Of a stretch of DNA of 64,000 nt, positions 18,810 through 27,013 are shown in pieces. The notes under the pieces were generated by a model, which saw only the letters and a list, made by a program, of their open reading frames with translations, ran no database searches and had not been told where the DNA came from. The stretch covers positions 16 through 64,015 of the forward strand of contig JANLRD010000086.1 in NCBI GenBank assembly GCA_031368215.1, read 5' to 3'. Position numbers and translations under genes: made by a program. Numbering within the stretch: the first letter of the stretch is position 1; every line of letters begins with the position of its first letter. This stretch comes from Acidimicrobiia bacterium. Its GTDB lineage: Bacteria; Actinomycetota; Acidimicrobiia; Acidimicrobiales; JANYDT01.

Positions 18810-19928
18810 ATGTCGTCGTCGGCTCGCATCGAAGCGCAGGCAGGGCATCGAGGGGCGCAAGGCATCGCTCCCGTTGTGGCGTCCACCGCGCTGATCCGTC
18901 AGAGGAGCCTGGTGTGGTGGGCATGGGTGGCGATGGCCGTGCTGCTCGCTTCGATCGTCGTTGCGTCGATCGCTCTGGGGTCCGTCTGGATCTCGCCTTC
19001 CCGTGTGATCTCGGTGCTGTTCAGCTCCAAAGGTGGCGACGCGACCGCCCGAACCATCGTGTGGAGCGTTCGCCTTCCCCGCACGGCGACGGCGATCCTC
19101 GCCGGAGCCGCGCTGTCGGTGTCAGGTCTCCTCCTGCAGACGCTGTTCCGCAACCCCTTGGCAGATTCCTCGATCCTGGGAGTCAGCGCAGGTGCCAGCC
19201 TCGGGGTGGCCATCGTCGTGCTCGGTTCGACGAGCTCGATCGCCGCGATCGGCCGATACAGCGGCGCATCCGCCATCCACGTCACGCTGGCCTCGGCTAT
19301 CGGATCATCGATCGTGCTCCTGTTCGTTCTCGCAATCGCGCAGCGGGTGGAGAGTCCGGTGACGGTGCTCGTCGCCGGACTCATGGTGGCGACGATCGTC
19401 GGCGCGCTGGTGAGCGTGCTCGTCTACTTCTCCTCGCTCGACGCCGCCCGAAGTTTCGTCACGTGGTCGCTCGGCAGCTTCCGCGGCACAAGTTGGAGCG
19501 AGGTCACGATGCTGACGATTGCGACCGGCATCGGCCTGTTCGTGGCTCTGATGCTGTCGAAGCAGCTCGACGGCCTCCTGCTCGGCGACCGCTACGCCGT
19601 ATCGTTGGGGATGAACCTCAAGCTCGTACGCGCGCTTGTCATTCTCTCCGCGGCGCTCTGCACCGGTGCGACGACGGCGTTCTGCGGCCCGATCGGCTTT
19701 CTGGGTATCGCCGTTCCCCATCTTGCACGAGGTGTCGTCCGCCACGGTCGCCATCGCGTGTTGATCGTCGCGACGGCTCTTCTCGGCGCCTCGCTTGCCC
19801 TGTTCTGCGAGATCGTGGCCCAGTGGCCCGGCGACGACCGGGTGCTGCCGATCAATGCCATCACCGCGCTCCTCGGCGCACCGGTCGTTCTCGTCGTGCT
19901 CCTACGCAACCGGCGAATGAGCCAGTGA
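18810..19928 (+). CDS. FecCD-family ABC transporter permease (BtuC-like)
   Basis: 372 aa polytopic protein. RLPRTATAILAGAALSVSGLLLQTLFRNPLADSSILGVSAGA and GPIGFLGIAVPHLAR are family hallmarks. Confidence 0.92.
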   Translation: MSSSARIEAQAGHRGAQGIAPVVASTALIRQRSLVWWAWVAMAVLLASIVVASIALGSVWISPSRVISVLFSSKGGDATARTIVWSVRLPRTATAILAGAALSVSGLLLQTLFRNPLADSSILGVSAGASLGVAIVVLGSTSSIAAIGRYSGASAIHVTLASAIGSSIVLLFVLAIAQRVESPVTVLVAGLMVATIVGALVSVLVYFSSLDAARSFVTWSLGSFRGTSWSEVTMLTIATGIGLFVALMLSKQLDGLLLGDRYAVSLGMNLKLVRALVILSAALCTGATTAFCGPIGFLGIAVPHLARGVVRHGRHRVLIVATALLGASLALFCEIVAQWPGDDRVLPINAITALLGAPVVLVVLLRNRRMSQ

Positions 19929-19929
19929 C

Positions 19930-20766
19930 ATGCCCATGATGTCGTCGATAGCCAGCACGCGCCCGAACGATGTCGCCATCGACCGCGAGGTGCTGCTCGA
20001 GGCCGACGACGTAAGTGTCGGTTACCGCCTCCGCCGCACCACAACCGTTGCGCTTTCGCAGGTGTCCTTCGTGCTGCGGCGCGGCGAGGTCGCTGCGTTG
20101 GTCGGCAGCAACGGCGCCGGAAAGTCGACACTTCTCCGCTCGATCATCGGCATGCAGCCGTTGCTCGCCGGTGCAGTTCGCATCGGCGGGCTCCCGCTCG
20201 ACGAGATGCCACGTCGCGACCGGGCGCAGCGGATCGCCGTCGTCCTCTCCGACCGGCTCGAGCCTCCGGGCCTGCGGGTCGAGGAGGTGGTCGCCCTCGG
20301 CCGTCATCCGCATCACGGCTGGCGTATCGAGCACAACGAGAGCGATGACGAGATCATCACCGCGGCGATCGCTTCTGCCGGGATCGACCACCTGATCGGT
20401 CGACGTTGCGCGGAACTCTCCGACGGCGAACGCCAACGTGTCGCGATTGCCCGGGCGCTCGCCCAGGAGCCCGAAGTTCTCGTGCTCGACGAGCCGACGG
20501 CCTTCCTCGACCCCAAGGGAAAGGCCCGCATGATGTCGCTGGTCCGACGGCTGACCGCCGGCGGGACCTTTGCGGCGATCATCGCGTCGCATGACCTTGA
20601 TCTCGTGCTGCCCCATGCGAATCAGGTCTGGGTTGCCGGTCGGCACACGCTCACCGTCGGGGACCTCGACGACGCCGCCGTCCGGCACGCCCTCGCCGAC
20701 GAGCTCGGGGCAGCAGTGGTCGAGAGCAACGGCGAACGCCACATCGCTATCTCCGGCGACGACTGA
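19930..20766 (+). CDS. ABC transporter ATP-binding protein (BtuD/FepC-like)
   Basis: Walker A GSNGAGKST, signature LSDGERQRV and Walker B VLVLDEPTAFLD. The ATG lies 2 nt after the permease stop. Confidence 0.92.
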   Translation: MPMMSSIASTRPNDVAIDREVLLEADDVSVGYRLRRTTTVALSQVSFVLRRGEVAALVGSNGAGKSTLLRSIIGMQPLLAGAVRIGGLPLDEMPRRDRAQRIAVVLSDRLEPPGLRVEEVVALGRHPHHGWRIEHNESDDEIITAAIASAGIDHLIGRRCAELSDGERQRVAIARALAQEPEVLVLDEPTAFLDPKGKARMMSLVRRLTAGGTFAAIIASHDLDLVLPHANQVWVAGRHTLTVGDLDDAAVRHALADELGAAVVESNGERHIAISGDD

Positions 20767-20879
20767 TCTCTCGGCCGCCGACGGGTTGCGACGCGGTTGG
20801 GCTGCGTCGTAGTATTTGGTCGACCTAAGTTTGTGGAGGAAGCTCCCCGAACTCCGACGACCGACGCACAAGTAGATTC

Positions 20880-21218
20880 GTGGACACCTCCCGGCGCACC
20901 GACCAGAGCATGCTCCCGAGCGAGATCGCGCCGTTGGTCACCGCCTCGTCGAACACGCCCTGTGTACTGCTGTGCGCCGGGAAGTCCTGCCGGAAGGCCA
21001 AGGGATTCGACGAACTGCGCGATTCGCTCGAAGTGCTCACCACGGTCACGAAGGTGAAGTGCGTCGACGTGTGCGATGGTCCGGTGGTCGGCGTGCGTCT
21101 TCCGGGCGAAACCGTGTGGTTCGAACGGATGCGCTCGGAAAAAGTACGAGCCGCCGTCACTGCGCTGCTCGCCAACAGCGCCCGGGTTCCGAAGAAACTC
21201 CGCGATCGCCGGGTCTGA
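20880..21218 (+). CDS. Thioredoxin-like [2Fe-2S] ferredoxin-domain protein (putative)
   Basis: Roughly 100-112 aa with the Cys pattern CVLLCAGKSC ... KCVDVCDGPVVGV and a WFERM segment typical of (2Fe-2S) ferredoxin-domain proteins. The start is uncertain (GTG 20880 or ATG 20910). Confidence 0.55.
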   Translation: MDTSRRTDQSMLPSEIAPLVTASSNTPCVLLCAGKSCRKAKGFDELRDSLEVLTTVTKVKCVDVCDGPVVGVRLPGETVWFERMRSEKVRAAVTALLANSARVPKKLRDRRV

Positions 21219-21263
21219 CCGACGGGCTCGACAGAGCTCGCCGTCGGGTGGAGCGCGGCCCGT

Positions 21264-22622
21264 CTACGCGAAGAGGGTCTCGCCGAGGAACCCGCCGGGC
21301 GACGCCACGCCGGGCGGAACGGCGAAGAGTGCGGAACCGGTGTGCTGGAGGTACTCCATGAGCGTGTCGTTCTTGGAGAGCTGCAGCTGCATTGGGATGT
21401 AGTGGGTCGCCGGGTCGCGGACGAAGGCGATGAAGAACAGTCCGGCATCGAGTCGGCCGAGTCCGTCGGACCCGTCGGTGAAGTTGTAGCCACGGCGAAG
21501 GATGCGCATGCCGTTGTTGCTCGACGGATGGGCGAGGCGCATGTGCGAGCCGACGGCAATCAGCGGCTCGTCGCGAGCCCCGGTTGACTCGAAGTCCGGA
21601 ACGGTGAACTCGGTGCCCCCGGAGAGCGGCGCGCCGTCGCCCTTCGTCCGCCCGATCAGCCTCTCCTGCTCGGTCAGCGACGTGCGATCCCACGTCTCGA
21701 TCCGCATGCTGATGCGACGGGCTACGAGATAGGAGCCGCCGGCGAGCCATCCGTGCTTCGAATCCGGCGTCGAGGAAGGCACCCACACGTGCTCGTCGAG
21801 CAACGCCGGATCTTCCGCCTTCAAGTTCGCCGTGCCGTCCTTGAACCCGAAGAGGTTGCGTGGCGTGGTCTGCGAGGTCGAGGTCGACGACGTGCGTCCG
21901 AAGCCGAGCTGGGACCATCGAACCGTGGCCGTACCGAACGCGATGCGGGCAAGGTTGCGAACAGCGTGTACGGCGACCTGGGGATCGTCGGCACACGCCT
22001 GCACGCAGAGATCGCCGCCGGAGCGGGCGGGCGAGAGGTTGTCCTTCGGAAAGAGCGGAAGCTCCGCCAACGATGGCGGCCGGCTAGCCGCGATTCCGAA
22101 CCGGTCGACGCCGGCGGCCGTCTCGAACAGCGACGGCGCGAAGCCGATGGTGATCGTGAGCCGTGATGCGGACAGGCGCGCTTCGCCGGTGTCGTCGGGA
22201 GGTGCAAGCGGTGATCCGTCGACTGCTCCGAATGCTCCCACCGGCAGACCCTGCGTCATCTTCGCCGCCGCGTCGGTCCACTGCTGCAACAGGCGGATCA
22301 GACGATCTCTGCTCGTGGTGGTGACGTCGAATGCGGCGAAGTGCAGCCGGTCTTGGGCCGGCGTGGCGATCCCCGCCTGATGGACACCGAAGAACGGGAC
22401 GGCGCCGGTGTCCGTGAGTGAGGCAGCCGGACCCGTGCCGGTCGCGTTGCGTCGGCTGAATGCCGCGGCACCGGCAGCGACGGCTGCGACACCAACGCCT
22501 GCTGCGCCGAGCAGACGGCGGCGGGACACTCGAGGCTGGGGGGTCGAGATGATAGTACGCGCGCTGAGGGTCGCCTGATCGCTGGCCTCGACGTCGGGCG
22601 CCTTCGTCTGGGTGTCGTTCAC
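21264..22622 (-). CDS. efeB: Dyp-type peroxidase / deferrochelatase EfeB (Tat-exported)
   Basis: ORF 21264-23132 trimmed to GTG 22622, which overlaps the efeO stop (GTGA). Has a Tat signal SRRRLLGAAGVGVAA. FFGVHQAGI, FGFKDGT and RRGYNF motifs are those of EfeB. Confidence 0.9.
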   Translation of the reverse strand: MNDTQTKAPDVEASDQATLSARTIISTPQPRVSRRRLLGAAGVGVAAVAAGAAAFSRRNATGTGPAASLTDTGAVPFFGVHQAGIATPAQDRLHFAAFDVTTTSRDRLIRLLQQWTDAAAKMTQGLPVGAFGAVDGSPLAPPDDTGEARLSASRLTITIGFAPSLFETAAGVDRFGIAASRPPSLAELPLFPKDNLSPARSGGDLCVQACADDPQVAVHAVRNLARIAFGTATVRWSQLGFGRTSSTSTSQTTPRNLFGFKDGTANLKAEDPALLDEHVWVPSSTPDSKHGWLAGGSYLVARRISMRIETWDRTSLTEQERLIGRTKGDGAPLSGGTEFTVPDFESTGARDEPLIAVGSHMRLAHPSSNNGMRILRRGYNFTDGSDGLGRLDAGLFFIAFVRDPATHYIPMQLQLSKNDTLMEYLQHTGSALFAVPPGVASPGGFLGETLFA

Positions 22623-23806
22623 AGCACGACGGCGGCAGTGAGACGTGAAAGGGGCTCGCCCAGCGCATTCACGGCGTCGGCCATTGCCTTGATCTGTTCG
22701 GCCGAGAGGTCGCGGTAGTTCACGAAACCATCGCCCTTCTTCTGCGCGTCGAGCAGCTTCTGCACGTCGTCGAAGCGCTCGTCGAGCTCGGCGAGCAGCG
22801 CCGGGTTCTTCTCTCGAAGCACGGGTTCGAGCACCTCGAAGGCCATCTTCGCCCCTTCGACGTTGGCCTGGAAGTCCCAGAGATCGGTTCCTGACCAGAC
22901 CTCCTCTTCGCCCGTCACCTTGCCCGTGGCCACCTCGTCGAGAAGCTCCTTCGCACCGTTGCTCAGCTGATCGGGCGAGAGTGTCACGACGGACACGCGA
23001 CCGCGGAGATCCTTCGTATCGGCAACGAGTTGATCGGCGAGCGCGGCGCGTTGCCCGGCGGTGAGCGCGACATACGACGCGTCGTTGGCCGGCGGCCAGA
23101 GGTCCTTCTCGATCCGATGCCAGCCGGTCCATTCCTGGCCCGCTTCGAGGTCGGCTTCGCGAAGGTCCAACTTTGGGTCGATGTCACCGAACGACTCGGC
23201 GACAGGCTCGATCCGTTCCCAGTGCATGCGGGTCGACGCGTAGTTCGTCCGCGCATCGTCGTCCTTGCCGGCGCGGTACAACTCGGCGAAGGTCTCGGTC
23301 TTCTCCAGCAACTCGTCGGCCTCCCTGCGAACGAATGCGGTGTACTGCTCGGTTGCGTCCGTGAGCAGCGTCTCGACCGCCGGGGCGGCCACCGCTGAAC
23401 CTGAGTCGGTCACCGTGAAGTCGCTGCGGATGCCGTCGCCGGTCATACCGGGTTTGCATGTCGCGATGTACGTGCCGGGCTTGATCCGCACGACGAGGTT
23501 CCGGGTGATGCCCGGGCCGATGTTCTCGACCTCGCCGACGACGCGCACGCCGTCCTCGGCGAAGAGATAGAACTCGTTGACGTTCGAACCCCTGTTGGTC
23601 ACGGCGAAGGTGAGAGTTCCGCTCGGAGCGTCGGCCGACGATACGGAGCATGCATCGTCAGTCGCCGTGACGGTGAGCTTGGCGGGATCGTTTCCACTCT
23701 TCGTGGTAACGGAATCGGCCTTCTGCGTGCAGGACGTGAGCAGGGCACCGGCGCCCACGAGGGCGATGATCACGACGCCGCGGCGAAGGCTCGGAGGGGC
23801 GATCAT
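22619..23806 (-). CDS. efeO: Iron uptake system component EfeO (cupredoxin plus M75/imelysin-like domains)
   Basis: ATG 23806 overlaps the efeU stop (ATGA). Lipoprotein signal ALVGAGALLTSC, an N-terminal cupredoxin-like region (TNRGSNVNEFYL, GTYIATCKPGM) and a C-terminal WTGWHRIEKDLW region. Confidence 0.88.
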   Translation of the reverse strand: MIAPPSLRRGVVIIALVGAGALLTSCTQKADSVTTKSGNDPAKLTVTATDDACSVSSADAPSGTLTFAVTNRGSNVNEFYLFAEDGVRVVGEVENIGPGITRNLVVRIKPGTYIATCKPGMTGDGIRSDFTVTDSGSAVAAPAVETLLTDATEQYTAFVRREADELLEKTETFAELYRAGKDDDARTNYASTRMHWERIEPVAESFGDIDPKLDLREADLEAGQEWTGWHRIEKDLWPPANDASYVALTAGQRAALADQLVADTKDLRGRVSVVTLSPDQLSNGAKELLDEVATGKVTGEEEVWSGTDLWDFQANVEGAKMAFEVLEPVLREKNPALLAELDERFDDVQKLLDAQKKGDGFVNYRDLSAEQIKAMADAVNALGEPLSRLTAAVVL

Positions 23807-24696
23807 GCCGGCTGTCCTTTGGGGGTGATTCGGGCGGGGGCGCTCGGCCGTCGACGCATGAGCAAGATGAAGGCCGTCATCACCGGGATGACATAAAGCA
23901 GCCACGCCCCGGCTTGCAGCCACGTCGTGGTCGGGGAGAAGTTGAACGTGCCCTTCAGCAGCGTTGCCAGCCAGCTACCCGGACGGACCCAGGACGAGAC
24001 GTCGAACGCGAGACGGTTCAGCCCGGGAAGGACGTCAGCCTCCTGGAGGTCGTGAATGCCGTAGGCGAGCACACCGCCGGCAACGAGGACCAGCAGCGCA
24101 CCGGTCCAGGTGAAGAAGCGGGCCATGTTCAGCTTCAGCGCGCCCCGGTAGATCGCCACGCCGATGAGGACCGCGACCGCAAGGCCGAGGGTGGCCCCGA
24201 TCAGCGGATCCGTCGACGACCCGGTTGCCTGCGCCGCCGCCCACAGGAACAGCGCCGTCTCCAGCCCTTCACGGCCGACCGCGAGCACGGCGACGAGAAC
24301 GAGTGCACTTCCGCCGGCGGCGACGGCCGCGTCGATGCGGTGTTCGAGCTCGCCCCGGAGCGACCGCGCGGTGCGCGCCATCCAGAAGATCATCCAGGTG
24401 ACGAAACCCACCGCGAGGATCGAGAGGGTGCCGCCGATCGTCTCCTGCGCTCGGAAGCTCAGGCCCCGGGGACCGTAGGTGAGAAGCGCCCCGAACGCGA
24501 GCGACACGCTGACCGCGATCCCGACGCCGCTCCAGATCCGCGGTGCGAGCTCACGTCGGCCCGACTTGTGGATGTAGGCGAGCAGGATGCCGACAACGAG
24601 TGCCGCCTCGAGGCCTTCGCGCAGGCCGATCAGGAAGTTCGCGAACACGTTGCGGCCTTGCTCGAAGTCATGTCCTCGAGCGTATCCCCAAAACAT
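23803..24696 (-). CDS. efeU: FTR1/EfeU high-affinity iron permease
   Basis: 297 aa, 7 TM, with two REGLE motifs (GLREGLEAALV and GREGLETALF). Confidence 0.92.
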   Translation of the reverse strand: MFWGYARGHDFEQGRNVFANFLIGLREGLEAALVVGILLAYIHKSGRRELAPRIWSGVGIAVSVSLAFGALLTYGPRGLSFRAQETIGGTLSILAVGFVTWMIFWMARTARSLRGELEHRIDAAVAAGGSALVLVAVLAVGREGLETALFLWAAAQATGSSTDPLIGATLGLAVAVLIGVAIYRGALKLNMARFFTWTGALLVLVAGGVLAYGIHDLQEADVLPGLNRLAFDVSSWVRPGSWLATLLKGTFNFSPTTTWLQAGAWLLYVIPVMTAFILLMRRRPSAPARITPKGQPA

Positions 24697-24768
24697 TAGG
24701 TGTGCCTACACCGCGGTGCATGGAGAGCCGCAAAGTCTCCGTTCGCCGCCCCACCGCTACCCCAGCGG

Positions 24769-24904
24769 CCGCAGATGAGACGTCACCCGCCGCAGATGAC
24801 CCCGTCCGTGCCGCACATCCGGCAGTTTCCAGCCGTTTTGAGTCGAAATCGGCCGATGTGCGGCAGAGAGGCTGGGAGGTGCGGCAGGCGAAGCGGATCT
24901 GCGG
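24769..24904. repeat. Phased 21-bp motif module, left copy (3 reverse plus 3 forward motif copies)
   Basis: CCGCAGATG at 24769 and 24790 and CCGCACATC at 24811 are in 21-bp phase. After a 44-bp step come GATGTGCGG at 24855, GAGGTGCGG at 24876 and GATCTGCGG at 24896. Region 24787-24888 aligns ungapped with 25889-25990 at about 75/102 identities by hand count. Confidence 0.85.
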
Positions 24905-24998
24905 CGGCGGAGTCGTTCGCCTGGCCGGGTCCGGCTGTCGTCCGATCGACACACCCGGTGAACGGCTGACGTGCGGGCGGCTTCGACCCGGTGTCGCC

Positions 24999-25799
24999 TC
25001 AGCGAACGGGCGCCGTGAAGTGCTCGGCGAGCGCGTCGAGTTGGTCCTCGGTCACACCGGCGTGGAGGAGGTACCGGGTGGCCGACCCGTAGCGCTCTGC
25101 GAGTTCGGCGAGAAAGAGGTGCATCGTCTCCTGGGGAGCGGAGAGGAAGGACGACGGCTGGCTGATCATCGCATCGAGACGCTCAGGTGTCTGGTCCCGG
25201 ATCAGGGCGATGAGTTCGGGCATGGCGAGGGCACTCATCGCATAGTCCTCGGCGATCACCCGGCGGTCGACACCGAACGCCGACAGCAGGAGCGCGACGA
25301 GCACACCGGTCCGGTCCTTGCCAGCAGTGCAGTGCACCAGCGCCGGGCTCGTGGCGCTGTCAGCCAGCACGCTGAAGCAGTCCGAGATACGTGCTGCGCC
25401 GAGTTCGCACATCTCGAGGTAGCGGTCGGCAAGGAACCGTTCCGCTGACAGCGTCGACGCCGCGATCGAACCCGGGTCCCACACCTGCGTGAGGATCGGG
25501 ATCGAGTGCACCTCGAGGTTGCGGAGGGGGCTCAGGCGACGCTCGGGTTCGGTACGCAGGTCGAGCACCGTTCGAATCCCGAGGCGTTCGACGAACAGCA
25601 CGTCGGTCGGTGTGGCGAAGTCCGGTGTCGCCGACCGGAACAGCCGACTCCGCCGCACCCGGCGGCCGTCGGCGCACGGTGTGCCACCGACTTCTCGGAA
25701 GTTGAGGAGTCTGACGGCACGGTCAGCCGGTCGCTCGAACCGCGGCGCGTCGTCGCGGTCGAAGCGGAGAACTGCGGAGTTGGCGTCCATGCGCCGCAC
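24999..25799 (-). CDS. Tyrosine-protein phosphatase family protein (Y_phosphatase3 type), paralogue 1
   Basis: 266 aa (GTG 25799 or ATG 25790). NFREVGG near the N-terminus and the catalytic loop HCTAGKDRTG. Confidence 0.88.
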   Translation of the reverse strand: MRRMDANSAVLRFDRDDAPRFERPADRAVRLLNFREVGGTPCADGRRVRRSRLFRSATPDFATPTDVLFVERLGIRTVLDLRTEPERRLSPLRNLEVHSIPILTQVWDPGSIAASTLSAERFLADRYLEMCELGAARISDCFSVLADSATSPALVHCTAGKDRTGVLVALLLSAFGVDRRVIAEDYAMSALAMPELIALIRDQTPERLDAMISQPSSFLSAPQETMHLFLAELAERYGSATRYLLHAGVTEDQLDALAEHFTAPVR

Positions 25800-25891
25800 G
25801 GTACAGAGCGAACGCCAACACTCGGCAACAGCAAGGCATCCGCCGAGTGAATTAGGCGGCTGCGAAAACCGTCCCCTTGCGACGGCGGCCG

Positions 25892-26161
25892 CCGCAGCTC
25901 AGCCGGTCTGTGCCGCAGATCGCCGGGTTTCCTGCGGTTCCGGGCGGAACTCGACTGATGTGCGGCAGGTTGGCGGGGATGTGCGGCAGGTTGGCGGGGA
26001 TGTGCGGCAGGTTGGTGGTGGTGTGCGGCAGGTTGGTGGTGGTGTGCGGCAGGTTGGCGGGGATGTGCGGCAGGTCGGTGGTGGTGTGCGGCAGGTTGGT
26101 GGTGGTGTGCGGCAGGTTGGTGGTGGTGTGCGGCAGGTTGGTGGTGGTGTGCGGCAGGTTC
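25892..26161. repeat. Phased 21-bp motif module, right copy, with a 9.6-unit tandem array (25960-26161)
   Basis: CCGCAGCTC at 25892 and CCGCAGATC at 25913, a 44-bp step, then 9 complete 21-bp units plus a 13-nt partial unit. Units start at 25960, 25981, 26002, 26023, 26044, 26065, 26086, 26107, 26128 and 26149. Variant a is GTGCGGCAGGTTGGCGGGGAT (units 1, 2, 5). Variant b is GTGCGGCAGGTTGGTGGTGGT (units 3, 4, 7, 8, 9; unit 6 has T>C). Confidence 0.95.
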
Positions 26162-26200
26162 GCAGAAGGCGGCGAGCCCGTCGCGGCTACCTTGGCGCAG

Positions 26201-26938
26201 ATGACCGGTTCGGCGCCGTGGTCGATCGTGGCCCGCAACCTTCCCGACCACGCGTCGAACCCGATTCACACGGACGCCGGTGCCCGGGCGGCCGGATTCC
26301 CACGCGCGCTCGTCGCCGGTGTGACGACCTATACCTACTGCGTTCATCCGATCGCCGAGCACTGGGGAATCGAGTGGGCGCGCTCCGGATCGGCAGAAGT
26401 CTCGTTCGCATCGCCGGTGTTCGACACCGAGACCCTTTCGTTTCCGGTGACCGTCGACGCGGACGACGGCCTCCACCTCGAGGTCCGGGTCGACCGCTCG
26501 GACCGACCCCTCGTGCGCGTCGATGCCCGGCGTTGCGCCTCCTTGCGTCCGGTTCGTTCGCCCGGAGAGACAGAGACGCTGGAGCCGATGATCGTTGATC
26601 TCGACGGAGAATTCGACCCGAGCTACGCCGCACGCGCCGGCGATGACCTCGACCTGTTCAGAGCTGCTGGCGTCGTCCATCCCGGCGTGTGGCCGAGGCT
26701 GGCCAACCACATGTTCCACGAACAACTCGTCAACGGCGCCTGGATCCACACGCGCTCGCACATCAGCCACCATGCGCTCGCTCCGCTCGGTGCGAATGCC
26801 GTCGTGCGCGGCCTGGTGTTCGACCGTTTCGTGCGGCGCGGGCTGCGCGCCGTGGCCGACGTCGAGATCACCGTTGAGGGCGTACTGGTCGCGTCGATCG
26901 AGCACGAAGCCATCATCGACGTGACGGTCACGGAGTAA
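26201..26938 (+). CDS. MaoC-like dehydratase / double hot-dog fold protein
   Basis: ORF 25877-26938 trimmed to ATG 26201, because the upstream part is the repeat array. NPIHTDAGARAAGFPRALVAGV is the MaoC dehydratase motif, and a second hot-dog-like half follows. Confidence 0.75.
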   Translation: MTGSAPWSIVARNLPDHASNPIHTDAGARAAGFPRALVAGVTTYTYCVHPIAEHWGIEWARSGSAEVSFASPVFDTETLSFPVTVDADDGLHLEVRVDRSDRPLVRVDARRCASLRPVRSPGETETLEPMIVDLDGEFDPSYAARAGDDLDLFRAAGVVHPGVWPRLANHMFHEQLVNGAWIHTRSHISHHALAPLGANAVVRGLVFDRFVRRGLRAVADVEITVEGVLVASIEHEAIIDVTVTE

Positions 26939-27013
26939 TCGCCGCCGCATCCGCTTGCTCCTCGGTCTCCGATCATGTGACATGGTCTCCGGTCATGTGA
27001 CCGGTTCGAGGCG

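Noticed and set aside
25960-26161. Possible CRISPR array.
   Set aside because: The repeats are directly abutting 21-mers with no unique spacers, and no cas genes are nearby.
25532-26983. 483-aa minus-strand ORF containing a striking His-rich heptad run (PAAHHHQ x ~10), which could pass for a metal-binding repeat protein.
   Set aside because: The heptads are the 21-bp DNA repeat read in one of several open frames. The ORF overlaps the phosphatase gene antisense at one end and the MaoC-like gene antisense at the other. Outside the repeat it has the Arg/Pro/Gly-rich look of a spurious high-GC antisense frame.
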